Shown here in pieces: positions 36,364 to 45,314 of a DNA stretch of 64,000 nucleotides. Position 1 is the first letter of the stretch; the number at the start of each line of letters is the position of its first letter. Position numbers and translations under genes: made by a program. Source of the stretch: a virus (lineage: Duplodnaviria; Caudoviricetes); the IMG/VR virus record IMGVR_UViG_3300020450_001133; one strand, 5' to 3'. Below the pieces are notes generated by a model. It did not search any database. It was not told the origin of the DNA and was given only the letters and a program-made list of their open reading frames with translations.

Positions 36364-36806
36364 TTGCCTATATCTTTAATGTTGTTTTTGCCAATAACCT
36401 GATATGCACCTTTGTTGTAAGCAGGAGCAATAGTATAGTTCTTGCATATTTCTGCTTTTTCTTTCTCCCACTCAAGGTCATCTTTCTTAGTGCTACTGCC
36501 ACCAGTCAAAGGCATACTAGGATATTTTTTAGCATGTTCTTTCATTTGCCTAGCACGTTCTAGTGCCGCATGGTCAGGTTTTGCTGGCTTGAATGCTTCT
36601 CTACTTCGAGGATCTATTTTAGGTGTTATGCCATGACAGTAATCAACATACTGTTCAAAAGTCCACTTAGGCAGACCCATACGTTTATGTTCTTTGTTCT
36701 TAACTCTTAAGCCTTCTTCCCACTTGGCAATGTTTGCCTTAGTCATCTTAGGCTTATACTTTCTATTTCTAATGGTCGTTAGACCTTGTGCTAAATGCAT
36801 TGTCAT
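36360..36806 (-). CDS. Hypothetical phage protein, leaderless
   Basis: 148 aa; ends TIAPAYNKGAYQVI; 7 nt from a -10 box. Confidence 0.75.
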   Translation of the reverse strand: MTMHLAQGLTTIRNRKYKPKMTKANIAKWEEGLRVKNKEHKRMGLPKWTFEQYVDYCHGITPKIDPRSREAFKPAKPDHAALERARQMKEHAKKYPSMPLTGGSSTKKDDLEWEKEKAEICKNYTIAPAYNKGAYQVIGKNNIKDIGK

Positions 36807-36813
36807 AATTTAT

Positions 36814-36842
36814 ATTTTACCGGATTTATTGATTAATGTCAA
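36814..36842 (-). promoter_or_regulatory. sigma70 promoter
   Basis: TTGACA-17nt-TAAAAT. Confidence 0.8.
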
Positions 36843-36854
36843 GAAAAAATCTAT

Positions 36855-36883
36855 AAAAAAATGCCCGACCGAAGCCGGGCATT
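36855..36883 (-). terminator. Rho-independent terminator with cUUCGg loop
   Basis: AATGCCCGGC-TTCG-GTCGGGCATT-TTTTT. Confidence 0.9.
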
Positions 36884-36897
36884 GAGTTGGTTTGTTC

Positions 36898-37137
36898 TTA
36901 TCGGATGTCTGATTGAATTTGTTTACCATTTGCTTTTTCAAATGCATCTGCTAAAACATCAAACATCGCATAATGTTTTTGGTTGTTTGCAGGATTGCCA
37001 TCTGTGTCACGAGGACCAACATCCATGTAAACATCAGCATCAACAAAGTTCCAGTTGACGTGTCCATTAGACTGAATGTTTTCAGGATTAGTTACAGCCT
37101 TGTTAAAAGACCTTGCCATTTTTACATCTACGTTCAT
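36898..37137 (-). CDS. Hypothetical phage protein
   Basis: 79 aa; NWNFVDADVYMD. Confidence 0.7.
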   Translation of the reverse strand: MNVDVKMARSFNKAVTNPENIQSNGHVNWNFVDADVYMDVGPRDTDGNPANNQKHYAMFDVLADAFEKANGKQIQSDIR

Positions 37138-37658
37138 TAAGCCACCTCTAGTGATTGTTCAACATAATTTTTTACTTGGTCAGTGATATCTTCAAATCCA
37201 AAACTAGCAACAATATGGAATGTACCGTTGTCAACGTCTTGAACAATATCACCAACACTCAAAGAGTGCATGTCACGGAAAGTTACAACTTCACCGTCTT
37301 TGCGAGTAACAGTTTTCATTTTGTAATCGCTTACATGAGCATCGAACACAGGATCTGTTTCAGTGTCCTCATCATAGTATCTACCGTTAAGAACAGCAAA
37401 CACATCTTCCAAATCACGTACCTGCCAACTATCACCGGAACCATCAACAAGACCTGCGTCTTTCTTTACAGAAGCAACATGGGTAAAATGTTGAAAGTCA
37501 GTATCTTTGAATTTGATTTCATCACGGAAACTGTGACGCAATCTCATGTATGCTTCGTAGATTGGGTATTTTTCTTCAGCACCAACATGTCCTCTATCGT
37601 TGCTATTCACAAAGTTGTGGACTTCTTTGTTGATTTTGATTTGAAATACTTTATACAT
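37137..37658 (-). CDS. Hypothetical protein with YodL-like C-terminal motif
   Basis: HSLSVGDIV; SD AAGGAG. Confidence 0.6.
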   Translation of the reverse strand: MYKVFQIKINKEVHNFVNSNDRGHVGAEEKYPIYEAYMRLRHSFRDEIKFKDTDFQHFTHVASVKKDAGLVDGSGDSWQVRDLEDVFAVLNGRYYDEDTETDPVFDAHVSDYKMKTVTRKDGEVVTFRDMHSLSVGDIVQDVDNGTFHIVASFGFEDITDQVKNYVEQSLEVA

Positions 37659-37689
37659 AATTACTCCTTTTCTTTAACCTACATATACT

Positions 37690-37717
37690 ATTATACGTCT
37701 TTTAGGAGTAAAGTCAA
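37690..37717 (-). promoter_or_regulatory. sigma70 promoter
   Basis: AAAAAGG-TTGACT-16nt-TATAAT. Confidence 0.8.
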
Positions 37718-37744
37718 CCTTTTTACCGGTTTTTTTGGTAAATT

Positions 37745-38131
37745 TTAGAAGAAATATCTGAAGAATTGCCCTAAAAGTGCTGAACCAAGGGCAAATACAA
37801 TGATTGCATTAAGGATAATTAGGGCTCTATCCTTCCACATTAGTCCAACCCATGTCCAACCCAAACAACCTATCAAACTGAGGATTCTGTCTGCTGTCTG
37901 AAATGTTTCTCCGTCTTGGGCTCTCATCATTACAGCCAATAAAATGAACATACTGGCTGTCCACTTTACATACCAACTTAGGTCACCTTTGGGTGTAGCA
38001 CTTTTTACAATACGTTTAGAATGTTGTATTTCACCTATGCTATACTCTTCCCCTTTATCTGTTACAATTACAGTATCAGGAGATGGTGTTGGGTCTGCTT
38101 CTTTTATAGTAAATTCTTTTTTAATACTCAT
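37745..38131 (-). CDS. Membrane protein, hypothetical
   Basis: Three TM segments after SWYVKW. Confidence 0.7.
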   Translation of the reverse strand: MSIKKEFTIKEADPTPSPDTVIVTDKGEEYSIGEIQHSKRIVKSATPKGDLSWYVKWTASMFILLAVMMRAQDGETFQTADRILSLIGCLGWTWVGLMWKDRALIILNAIIVFALGSALLGQFFRYFF

Positions 38132-38598
38132 AACAGTCCTAATTGATATTTTCCTTCATCGCTTACCATGGTATGTGGATTCCACGGTGGGTCAAATGTT
38201 AAAACTACATTAACCTTATTTACACACTCAACTGCTCTAGTGGCAAATTCTATTTCCATTGGTATGATTTCTGCCGCAGGACAATTTGGTGTAGTTAATG
38301 TAAATATGATTTGTGCATCGTACTCTTTATTTACTGCAACTTCATAAATTAAACCTAAATCATACACGTTTAAGTTCAATTCAGGATCGTACACTTTACG
38401 CAAATTTGCTATTATTTGTTCTACCAATTGATCCTGTAAATTTTCTGGGGGCTTAGGCATACTTGCTTTTTCTTCTGCCGTTGGAAGTGTTCTTGATTCA
38501 TAATCTCTACCTTGCAAGGTAGAATTTTCTTGGTCTAACTCTTCAAGTCTTGGATCAGGTTCTTTACCTACAGTTTCATCTTTTCTATCGCCTGCCAT
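38128..38598 (-). CDS. sufT: SufT / DUF59 Fe-S assembly protein
   Basis: LRKVYDPEL.LNVYDLGLIY, TLTTPNCP, LTFDPPW. Confidence 0.9.
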   Translation of the reverse strand: MAGDRKDETVGKEPDPRLEELDQENSTLQGRDYESRTLPTAEEKASMPKPPENLQDQLVEQIIANLRKVYDPELNLNVYDLGLIYEVAVNKEYDAQIIFTLTTPNCPAAEIIPMEIEFATRAVECVNKVNVVLTFDPPWNPHTMVSDEGKYQLGLL

Positions 38599-39782
38599 AG
38601 TCCCTCAACTAATTTTACGCAATCATGTTCATCATTATATGGTGCTGAACTAACTCGTAAAATTCCTTCATTATTTGTGTATCTGTAACTTGCCGGATAG
38701 GCACACATATGACCCGTCCTTACACAAACATTTTGCATGTCTAAAAATCCTGCTAAATCACTTGGACTTGTTCCTTTTACTTTAAAACTATAAACACTAT
38801 TTGGTTTAATAGGTCCAATAAGTTCCATTTGTTCTATTTCAAATAGACCTTTGTCTTTTAACATATTAAAAAATTCTTTTTCACATTCATGAATTTCATT
38901 GTATGTGATATCTTGTATCCATTTTGCCGCCGCACCTAAACTATGAACTCCTGCTACATTAGGAGTTCCGGCTTCCATTCTTTCAGGTCCTCTTTTCAAA
39001 GTGAATGTATCAAAATCGCATTGTGTGATTGTTCCGCCACCTAACCAAGTTTGTACATCATCAAATCCGCCTTTATGATATAAAACTCCTGTGCCTGTAC
39101 TTGCATACATTTTATGTCCACTAAATGCCATCCAATCTATATCATTCTTTTTAACATCAATTGGTCTATGTCCTATACTTTGACAAGCATCTATTACAAC
39201 TTCACAGTCATGTTCTTTTGCAATCATTATCATTTGTTGCCAAGGAAGTTCTTGTCCTGTAAAATTACTTTGTGTTAAGAAACTGCAAACACTTCCTGGA
39301 TTGTCTTTTACTGTTTCATACCAAGCATTTACGTCTACATTACCTTCATCGTTACTAGGAACTATTACTAACTGCCCATTTGCTTTTGTTCTACCTTGTT
39401 GCATCCAAGGTAAAATGTTACTGTGATGTTCTACCTCAGTCATAATTACTGTTGGTTCTAACGGAGTCCAATCTGCAATTATGTTTAAACTTGCAGTTGT
39501 TCCATTTGTAAAAACAATCTCATGTGGTTCAGCATTTATAAGTTTTGCAACTTCTACTCTTGCTTCGTCATACTTGTCACTTGCAATGGTACTAGTCTTA
39601 AAGTCTCCCCTATGAACATTTGCTCTGTAATTATAATGATAATCACTAACCGCTTTGATTGAACTATCAACAGTTTGACTACTTGCGGCATTGTCCAAGT
39701 ATGTCAAATCGCTATATGCTAAACTAGGAAAACAATTCCTAATCTGTTTGATATCTTTTGCTTTTTTATAAACTTTTAACAT
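38568..39782 (-). CDS. sufS: SufS-type cysteine desulfurase
   Basis: YLDNAASSQ, EHHSN, DACQS, FSGHKM (PLP Lys), EAGTPN, RTGHMCA (group II catalytic Cys). Confidence 0.93.
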   Translation of the reverse strand: MLKVYKKAKDIKQIRNCFPSLAYSDLTYLDNAASSQTVDSSIKAVSDYHYNYRANVHRGDFKTSTIASDKYDEARVEVAKLINAEPHEIVFTNGTTASLNIIADWTPLEPTVIMTEVEHHSNILPWMQQGRTKANGQLVIVPSNDEGNVDVNAWYETVKDNPGSVCSFLTQSNFTGQELPWQQMIMIAKEHDCEVVIDACQSIGHRPIDVKKNDIDWMAFSGHKMYASTGTGVLYHKGGFDDVQTWLGGGTITQCDFDTFTLKRGPERMEAGTPNVAGVHSLGAAAKWIQDITYNEIHECEKEFFNMLKDKGLFEIEQMELIGPIKPNSVYSFKVKGTSPSDLAGFLDMQNVCVRTGHMCAYPASYRYTNNEGILRVSSAPYNDEHDCVKLVEGLWQAIEKMKL

Positions 39783-41086
39783 AAAAAACTACTTACTAAT
39801 ACGTCCTCGGCTATGTCTTTTGCTAGTCCTCGGCTCTGCAAATAATATAATTTGCTTTTATCTATATTACTTATGGTACAACCATGAGTACATTCAATTT
39901 CTTTGGTATGTATATCTAGTATGGGTCTGGAGTGCATTTTTGTATTTGGAGTCAACATTAAATTTTCGTTTTTCATATGACCATCAAATCCTACACTATT
40001 AGGACTTACATCAAATCTGCCTATAAAACTTGTACTAGCATTTTCATTTCCAACGTTCTTAATATCAATTATACTTTTGTTATCTGAACTTCTACTGTCA
40101 ACATGCACAAACTGATGATATTCATGTCCTTTGTAGATGTTGTTTCTACCATTAAGTGTTAAATCTACATTTGTGGTTAAGTCAAAATAAAAGTTTTCTT
40201 GATAGTAGTCTGATCCTGTGTTTTTAAAATTTACAGTTATCTTACTGTTAGGGTGGCAAATAAATTTGCTATCAAATACACCGAAGCCTCCATAATCGTT
40301 TGTAATTCTATCTATAACCAGTTCACTGTTTTCTCTAACAATGTAGATTATATTGTTCATTTGTCCAGATTGTAATTTTACATTCTCTTTTAAATGAACT
40401 TTTGTTTTGTGTTGTACATCTATAATGTTTGTATTGCATTCTAAAATACCTTTAGAATTCTTATTTAGATATTGAATACTAATTGGATTCTTCATAAAGT
40501 TTCCATTAGCACCAGATGGAACAATCACAGTATTTAAAAAAGGTGAGAATGCGTATGTAAAATTAGAAAAGTTTTCTGTCCTTCTTATTAGTTTTACATA
40601 TTCATCTTGCTTGTTCCTGTTTACTTTTATTTGGTCTAAAATTTGTAATTGGAAAGGTTTCTTAACTCCTAAGTCGTTGCTAGGATAAAGTATTCCGTCA
40701 TTAAACAATAATGTATTCTTTTTAAATGCTACTTGTTCAAATGGTTCTAGGTCTGCAAGATAATTTTTTTCATTGGGCTCACTTGACCAAAGTATTTCTT
40801 TATTGTAAAGTTTGTGTAAGTTTGCAAAGTTGAATTGTTCAGATTTACTATCAGGCAAGCCTATTTTACTAATGTATTCTACATTATTGTTATAGCCGTT
40901 ATAAAAATTATTTAATTTATGTTTAAGATGATGAAAGTCTCTTGTTTTTGTATTCTCACCTATAACATAATCATAAAGGTCTTTGATAGTGTAATAACTA
41001 TCAAACTCATTTGTAGGTTCTAATGTTTCTCTGTAGAATAAATTTTTATACACTTTCAAACCCTTGACTAAATATTTTGTTTGCAA
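39776..41086 (-). CDS. sufD: SufD (divergent N-terminus)
   Basis: C-terminal SRPILDIHTKEIECTHGCTI..ID...LYYLQSRGL; start uncertain. Confidence 0.85.
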   Translation of the reverse strand: MQTKYLVKGLKVYKNLFYRETLEPTNEFDSYYTIKDLYDYVIGENTKTRDFHHLKHKLNNFYNGYNNNVEYISKIGLPDSKSEQFNFANLHKLYNKEILWSSEPNEKNYLADLEPFEQVAFKKNTLLFNDGILYPSNDLGVKKPFQLQILDQIKVNRNKQDEYVKLIRRTENFSNFTYAFSPFLNTVIVPSGANGNFMKNPISIQYLNKNSKGILECNTNIIDVQHKTKVHLKENVKLQSGQMNNIIYIVRENSELVIDRITNDYGGFGVFDSKFICHPNSKITVNFKNTGSDYYQENFYFDLTTNVDLTLNGRNNIYKGHEYHQFVHVDSRSSDNKSIIDIKNVGNENASTSFIGRFDVSPNSVGFDGHMKNENLMLTPNTKMHSRPILDIHTKEIECTHGCTISNIDKSKLYYLQSRGLAKDIAEDVLVSSFLC

Positions 41087-41741
41087 GTTCTATATCGCCT
41101 GATAGAACTCCATCCTTCTTCAATACTAATACTTTGTCTGGGTTTAACCCTTCAACTAATTTTTGATAATGTGTAACAACAATCAAAGTGTTATTATCAT
41201 TACGCCATTCATTGAGTTGTTCTATTAATGCTTTTATTCCATCTACATCTAATCCACTGTCTGGTTCATCAAGCATTGCCAATTTGGTATTAAGCATACT
41301 CATTTGTATGAGTTCATTTTTCTTTTTCTCACCACCACTGGCGTCTGTGTTAAGGTTTCGTTTATCCCAATTATCAGGCAAGTTAAGTTTTGCACTTACT
41401 TCTTTAAAATTTCTTAATGTTTCTGCTATATCTTTTCCTGATATATTTAATGCCTGTTTCATAAACTGAAAGTTACTTAAACCAGGTACACTTGTTGGTG
41501 CTTGGAAACCTACAAACATTCCTAGTCTTGCTCTTTCATCTGTTTCTAACTCTGTAAGGTCACTACCCATAAAAGTCATTTCGCCAGATACATTAAGGTC
41601 AGGTCTTCCCATGATGCCATGTAATAGGGTGCTTTTACCTACACCATTACTTCCCATCACCACATAAGTTTTGCCAATGTCGAAAGTCGTACTGACATTG
41701 TCAAGTATATGTTCTACAGAAAAATCTTTTAATTTTAACAT
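41046..41741 (-). CDS. sufC: SufC ABC ATPase
   Basis: GSNGVGKS, GMFVGFQ.P, SGGEKKKNE, LDEPDSGLD, VTHYQKL. Confidence 0.95.
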   Translation of the reverse strand: MLKLKDFSVEHILDNVSTTFDIGKTYVVMGSNGVGKSTLLHGIMGRPDLNVSGEMTFMGSDLTELETDERARLGMFVGFQAPTSVPGLSNFQFMKQALNISGKDIAETLRNFKEVSAKLNLPDNWDKRNLNTDASGGEKKKNELIQMSMLNTKLAMLDEPDSGLDVDGIKALIEQLNEWRNDNNTLIVVTHYQKLVEGLNPDKVLVLKKDGVLSGDIELANKIFSQGFESV

Positions 41742-41747
41742 GCCGAT

Positions 41748-41776
41748 ATTATACTACCTTTTAGGTATTAAGTCAA
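41748..41776 (-). promoter_or_regulatory. Internal sigma70 promoter, leaderless, for sufC-D-S-T
   Basis: TTGACT-17nt-TATAAT, 6 nt from the sufC ATG. Confidence 0.85.
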
Positions 41777-41778
41777 TA

Positions 41779-43236
41779 TTATCCAACTGCCCCTTCCAGT
41801 TGTACAGCCAACAATTGATTGGCTTCTGCGGCAAACTCTAATGGTAGTTTTTGGAATACGTCTTTACAAAATCCATTCACTACCAAATTCATTGCATCAT
41901 CTTCACTGAATCCTCTAGTTGCAAGATAATACATTTGTTCTTCACTAATTTTTCCAGCACTTGCTTCATGCTCTATCATAGCACTATCATTTTGGCTAGT
42001 TACATAAGGAATTGTTAATGCTCTACTATCTTGTAACATTAAACTATCACACTTTGTATAGTTAGACGCATTTTTGGCTCCTGGATTAACTTTTACTGAA
42101 CCTCTATATGTATTTGTGCTGTCTCCAAAACTTATACCTTTGGATATAATGGTACTTTTGGTATTCTTACCTAAGTGTATCATTTTTGTTCCTGTGTCTG
42201 CTTGTTGTTTGCCTTTTGTTACTGCAACACTAAAGAACTCTCCAATACTACCTTCACCTTTTAAAATGCAACTTGGATATTTCCAAGTTACTGCTGAACC
42301 TGTTTCTACTTGGGTCCAACTAACTTTACTATTTTTGCCTTCGCACTTTGCACGTTTTGTTACAAAGTTATAAACACCACCTACTCCATCTTCATTACCT
42401 GGATACCAATTTTGTACTGTGGAGTATTTTATTTCTGCATTGTCTTTAGTAATTAATTCTACACAGGCGGCATGTAATGTATTCTCATCATATGCTGGTG
42501 CAGTACAACCTTCTAAGTAACTTACATAACTATCTTCGTCTGCTATTATTAATGTGCGTTCAAACTGACCTGTGTTTCTTGCATTTATTCTAAAGTATGT
42601 GTTTAGTTCCATAGGACATGAAACACCTTTAGGGATATACACAAAAGTACCGTCTGTGAATACAGCAGAGTTCAGTGTAGCAAAGTAATTGTCTGTGTAA
42701 GGTATCACACTACCTAAGTATTCTTTAACTAGTTCTTCGTGGTCTTTTACTGCTTCACTAATACTGCAAAATACAATGCCATGCTTCTTTAATTCTGCTT
42801 GGAATGTTGTAGCAACACTAACACTATCAAAGACAGCATCAACGGCTACTGTTGGTATAAGATTTTCTTTTTTTGGTTTTTCTGTATCAAGTCCTAGTAA
42901 GGCATCACGTTCATGCAAAGGAACACCTAACTTTTCAAATGTATCTAAAATCTCTTGTGGTATTTCGTCTTTGTTTCTAGTCTTAGGTGCTGAGTAATAA
43001 CTTAATGCTTGGTAGTCAACAGGGTCATAATCAAGTTCACTCCAATTGGGCTCACTCATCTGCTCCCATCTTTTGAATGCTTTTAGTCTAAATTCAAGTA
43101 ACCATTCTGGCTCATCTTTGAGCATACTGATATTTTTAATAATATCTTCATTCAAACCCGTGGGGAATGTTTCGTTTTCTAAATCAGTTACGAATCCTTC
43201 TTTGTAATATTTGTCGTTAAAATTATCAATACTCAT
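41779..43236 (-). CDS. sufB: SufB Fe-S scaffold
   Basis: [54 protein letters not shown]. Confidence 0.98.
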   Translation of the reverse strand: MSIDNFNDKYYKEGFVTDLENETFPTGLNEDIIKNISMLKDEPEWLLEFRLKAFKRWEQMSEPNWSELDYDPVDYQALSYYSAPKTRNKDEIPQEILDTFEKLGVPLHERDALLGLDTEKPKKENLIPTVAVDAVFDSVSVATTFQAELKKHGIVFCSISEAVKDHEELVKEYLGSVIPYTDNYFATLNSAVFTDGTFVYIPKGVSCPMELNTYFRINARNTGQFERTLIIADEDSYVSYLEGCTAPAYDENTLHAACVELITKDNAEIKYSTVQNWYPGNEDGVGGVYNFVTKRAKCEGKNSKVSWTQVETGSAVTWKYPSCILKGEGSIGEFFSVAVTKGKQQADTGTKMIHLGKNTKSTIISKGISFGDSTNTYRGSVKVNPGAKNASNYTKCDSLMLQDSRALTIPYVTSQNDSAMIEHEASAGKISEEQMYYLATRGFSEDDAMNLVVNGFCKDVFQKLPLEFAAEANQLLAVQLEGAVG

Positions 43237-43538
43237 TATTCCACTTGTTTAACTTTTAATTGTAAAGGATGTCCTTGTCCTCTAGCAACGGTTGTTCCTT
43301 CTGCACATTTCTGTTCTGCAATTTCATAAGAATATGTACCAGCAACTGCTGAACCTGACTCATGAACTTCGAGTGTTACGTCTTTTGCTGACTTAAGATT
43401 CTTGTTAAAGATTTCAACTAACAGTTTGATTACAAATTCTACTGGAGTAAAATCGTCATTAAAAATTATAACATCATACCTTGGTGGGTATTTTAATGCT
43501 ACATTAGTTCTTGTCTTTTGTTCAACTTGTTCTGTCAT
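43236..43538 (-). CDS. clpS: ClpS adaptor
   Basis: [37 protein letters not shown]. Confidence 0.95.
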   Translation of the reverse strand: MTEQVEQKTRTNVALKYPPRYDVIIFNDDFTPVEFVIKLLVEIFNKNLKSAKDVTLEVHESGSAVAGTYSYEIAEQKCAEGTTVARGQGHPLQLKVKQVE

Positions 43539-43539
43539 A

Positions 43540-43743
43540 TTATTTACTATGTGGTGGTAATTTTGCCTCTACAAACATTTCATGTTTTCGTTTAACCGGA
43601 TTATACTTTCTTAATTTTAACTTCTGATTTTCAATTGTCAACCTTTTTGTTTTCAAAGCGGTGTAATGATATGTGTGACTATCTCTGGTTTCACCTTCCG
43701 GTATTAAATAAACTAAGGTTTTTCTTTTGTCTTTCTTTGCCAT
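43540..43743 (-). CDS. rpmG: Ribosomal protein bL33 (Cys-free type)
   Basis: KLKLRKYNPVKRKHEMFVEAK; basic, 67 aa. Confidence 0.8.
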   Translation of the reverse strand: MAKKDKRKTLVYLIPEGETRDSHTYHYTALKTKRLTIENQKLKLRKYNPVKRKHEMFVEAKLPPHSK

Positions 43744-43752
43744 AATAATAAA

Positions 43753-43776
43753 GGGTAGCAGAAAATACTGCTACCC
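43753..43776 (-). terminator. Hairpin / possible terminator after hsp20
   Basis: GGGTAGCAG-6nt-CTGCTACCC, short U tract. Confidence 0.65.
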
Positions 43777-43794
43777 ACATATTTACCGCAAAGT

Positions 43795-44235
43795 TTATGA
43801 TATTTTTATCTTTTGTGGTTTCATAGCATCAGGTACGTTCCTGAACAATGAAACTCTTAAAATACCATCTTCTAGTTTTGCTGATTTTACTTCTACAAAC
43901 TCTGCTAGTTTGAATGTTCTAGTAAAGTTTCTTTCAGCAATACCTTTATGAAGATACTCAATTTCATCTGAATCTAATACAGCAGATGTACCTGATATTT
44001 TTAAAGTACCATCTTCTATTTCAATTTCGATGTCATCTTTCTTAAAACCTGCAACGGCTAAAGTTATTTCATATATGTCATCTTTGCCTTTGCTGATATT
44101 AAAGGGTGGATACCCTGTTGCGTTATTTGTGAAAGTAGGGTCGTTAAAGAATTGCTCTGCAAGTCTATCAAAGCCTACGGACATTTTATATAGTGGGGAT
44201 AGTGATTCGGTTGTGAATCGGATTTGCTTATTCAT
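43795..44235 (-). CDS. Small heat-shock protein Hsp20 (IbpA-like)
   Basis: GYPPFNI, LAVAGFKKDDIEI, YLHKGIAERNF.R.F.L, LEDGIL. Confidence 0.96.
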   Translation of the reverse strand: MNKQIRFTTESLSPLYKMSVGFDRLAEQFFNDPTFTNNATGYPPFNISKGKDDIYEITLAVAGFKKDDIEIEIEDGTLKISGTSAVLDSDEIEYLHKGIAERNFTRTFKLAEFVEVKSAKLEDGILRVSLFRNVPDAMKPQKIKIS

Positions 44236-44263
44236 ATTAATCTCCTATATTTAGCAAGTTAAT
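44236..44263 (-). promoter_or_regulatory. ROSE-like RNA thermometer hairpin
   Basis: AUUAA-CUU-G-CU-AAAUAU-AG-GAG-A-UUAAU-AUG: UUGCU pairs with the SD AGGAG leaving a bulged G. Confidence 0.7.
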
Positions 44264-44613
44264 CTATTCCAACTTTTAAAACCCTAATGGCGAATTAAAA
44301 GTTCGCGTGTGAGGTCGTTTCTGTTAGTATGTGTCTGTATCTCCTCACGACACTTGTCCATCTTCTTGGTTTCTTTTGATGTTACCATCTCCAGTCCTTT
44401 GTTGGTGGACCCAATCATGTATATACTTCTTAGTCTGTTACCATTCGGTTTATTTCACTTACGATCCTTAAACCTTGTGTATCTTCCCAGTTGTTTATAC
44501 AAGGCATTTCTGGTTGTCCTAGTTGTACAGTAGACATTAGTCTCTTACGATTCCAATGCCCTTGCACTTCTTTGTCCTTCCTTAAAATGCAAAGATATTT
44601 ATAATCTATATGT

Positions 44614-44643
44614 ATTATATAGTACTTTTTTGGCAAAAATCAA
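44614..44643 (-). promoter_or_regulatory. Possible sigma70 promoter upstream of hsp20 region
   Basis: AAAAAAGG-TTGATT-18nt-TATAAT. Confidence 0.55.
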
Positions 44644-44720
44644 CCTTTTTTGACATCTTTTTTATATTTTTTCATTAAAAACTATTATTATTGGGCCTTT
44701 TGCTAGGTATAAGTAATTGT

Positions 44721-44957
44721 ATGCAACAAGACAAATTTGCAAAAATAATTCTAATATCCGACTTATTAAAGGATAAAGAAGCAAAAGAAGAAGAACTTGC
44801 ATATTACGAAAAAGTAATGCAAGAACTCCTGGTTAAAATGCATATGGTTAAAAATGAAATAAACTTAACCAACACAATTATAGATGTTATAAAAAACGAA
44901 AAAGCGGACATACTACAACAGTTTATAGAATCTAAAGACAACACTAGAGTAATATAA
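44721..44957 (+). CDS. Coiled-coil hypothetical protein (start moved to ATG 44721)
   Basis: TATAAGTA 5 nt upstream of the ATG. Confidence 0.65.
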   Translation: MQQDKFAKIILISDLLKDKEAKEEELAYYEKVMQELLVKMHMVKNEINLTNTIIDVIKNEKADILQQFIESKDNTRVI

Positions 44958-45018
44958 ATCCATATATCGAAAAACATCTTGTATTCACCCTCCCTGTGAA
45001 TACTTGGGGAGAAAACAA

Positions 45019-45270
45019 ATGAATACGAGAAAGCGACATAGAATCATCTCGACATTAAAAGCCTGTACATGGCGTGTACTTGCGTCTGCTGACACCTTTC
45101 TAATTGGTTTCTTATTAACAGGTAGTGCGGCTATTGGTGCCAGTATTGCTAGTATAGAAGTATTAACTAAAATGTTCTTATACTATTGGCATGAAAGAAT
45201 GTGGGAAAAGCCAAAGATTAATATGTTTGTTATGCAGTCTTATAAAAGAATAGGGTCCTATATAAAATAA
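45019..45270 (+). CDS. DUF2061-like membrane protein (start moved to ATG 45019)
   Basis: STLKACTWRVLAS.DTF...IEVLTKMFLYYWHERMW; SD GGGGAG. Confidence 0.8.
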   Translation: MNTRKRHRIISTLKACTWRVLASADTFLIGFLLTGSAAIGASIASIEVLTKMFLYYWHERMWEKPKINMFVMQSYKRIGSYIK

Positions 45271-45314
45271 AACCCTATCCAAAGTTATTAATAACGTAAA
45301 GGACTTCTAATTAC

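Noticed and set aside
38128-43236. suf cluster as bacterial contamination
   Set aside because: AT content, phage-type promoter and unbroken coupling to phage hypothetical genes match the rest of the window. This is not proven without read data.
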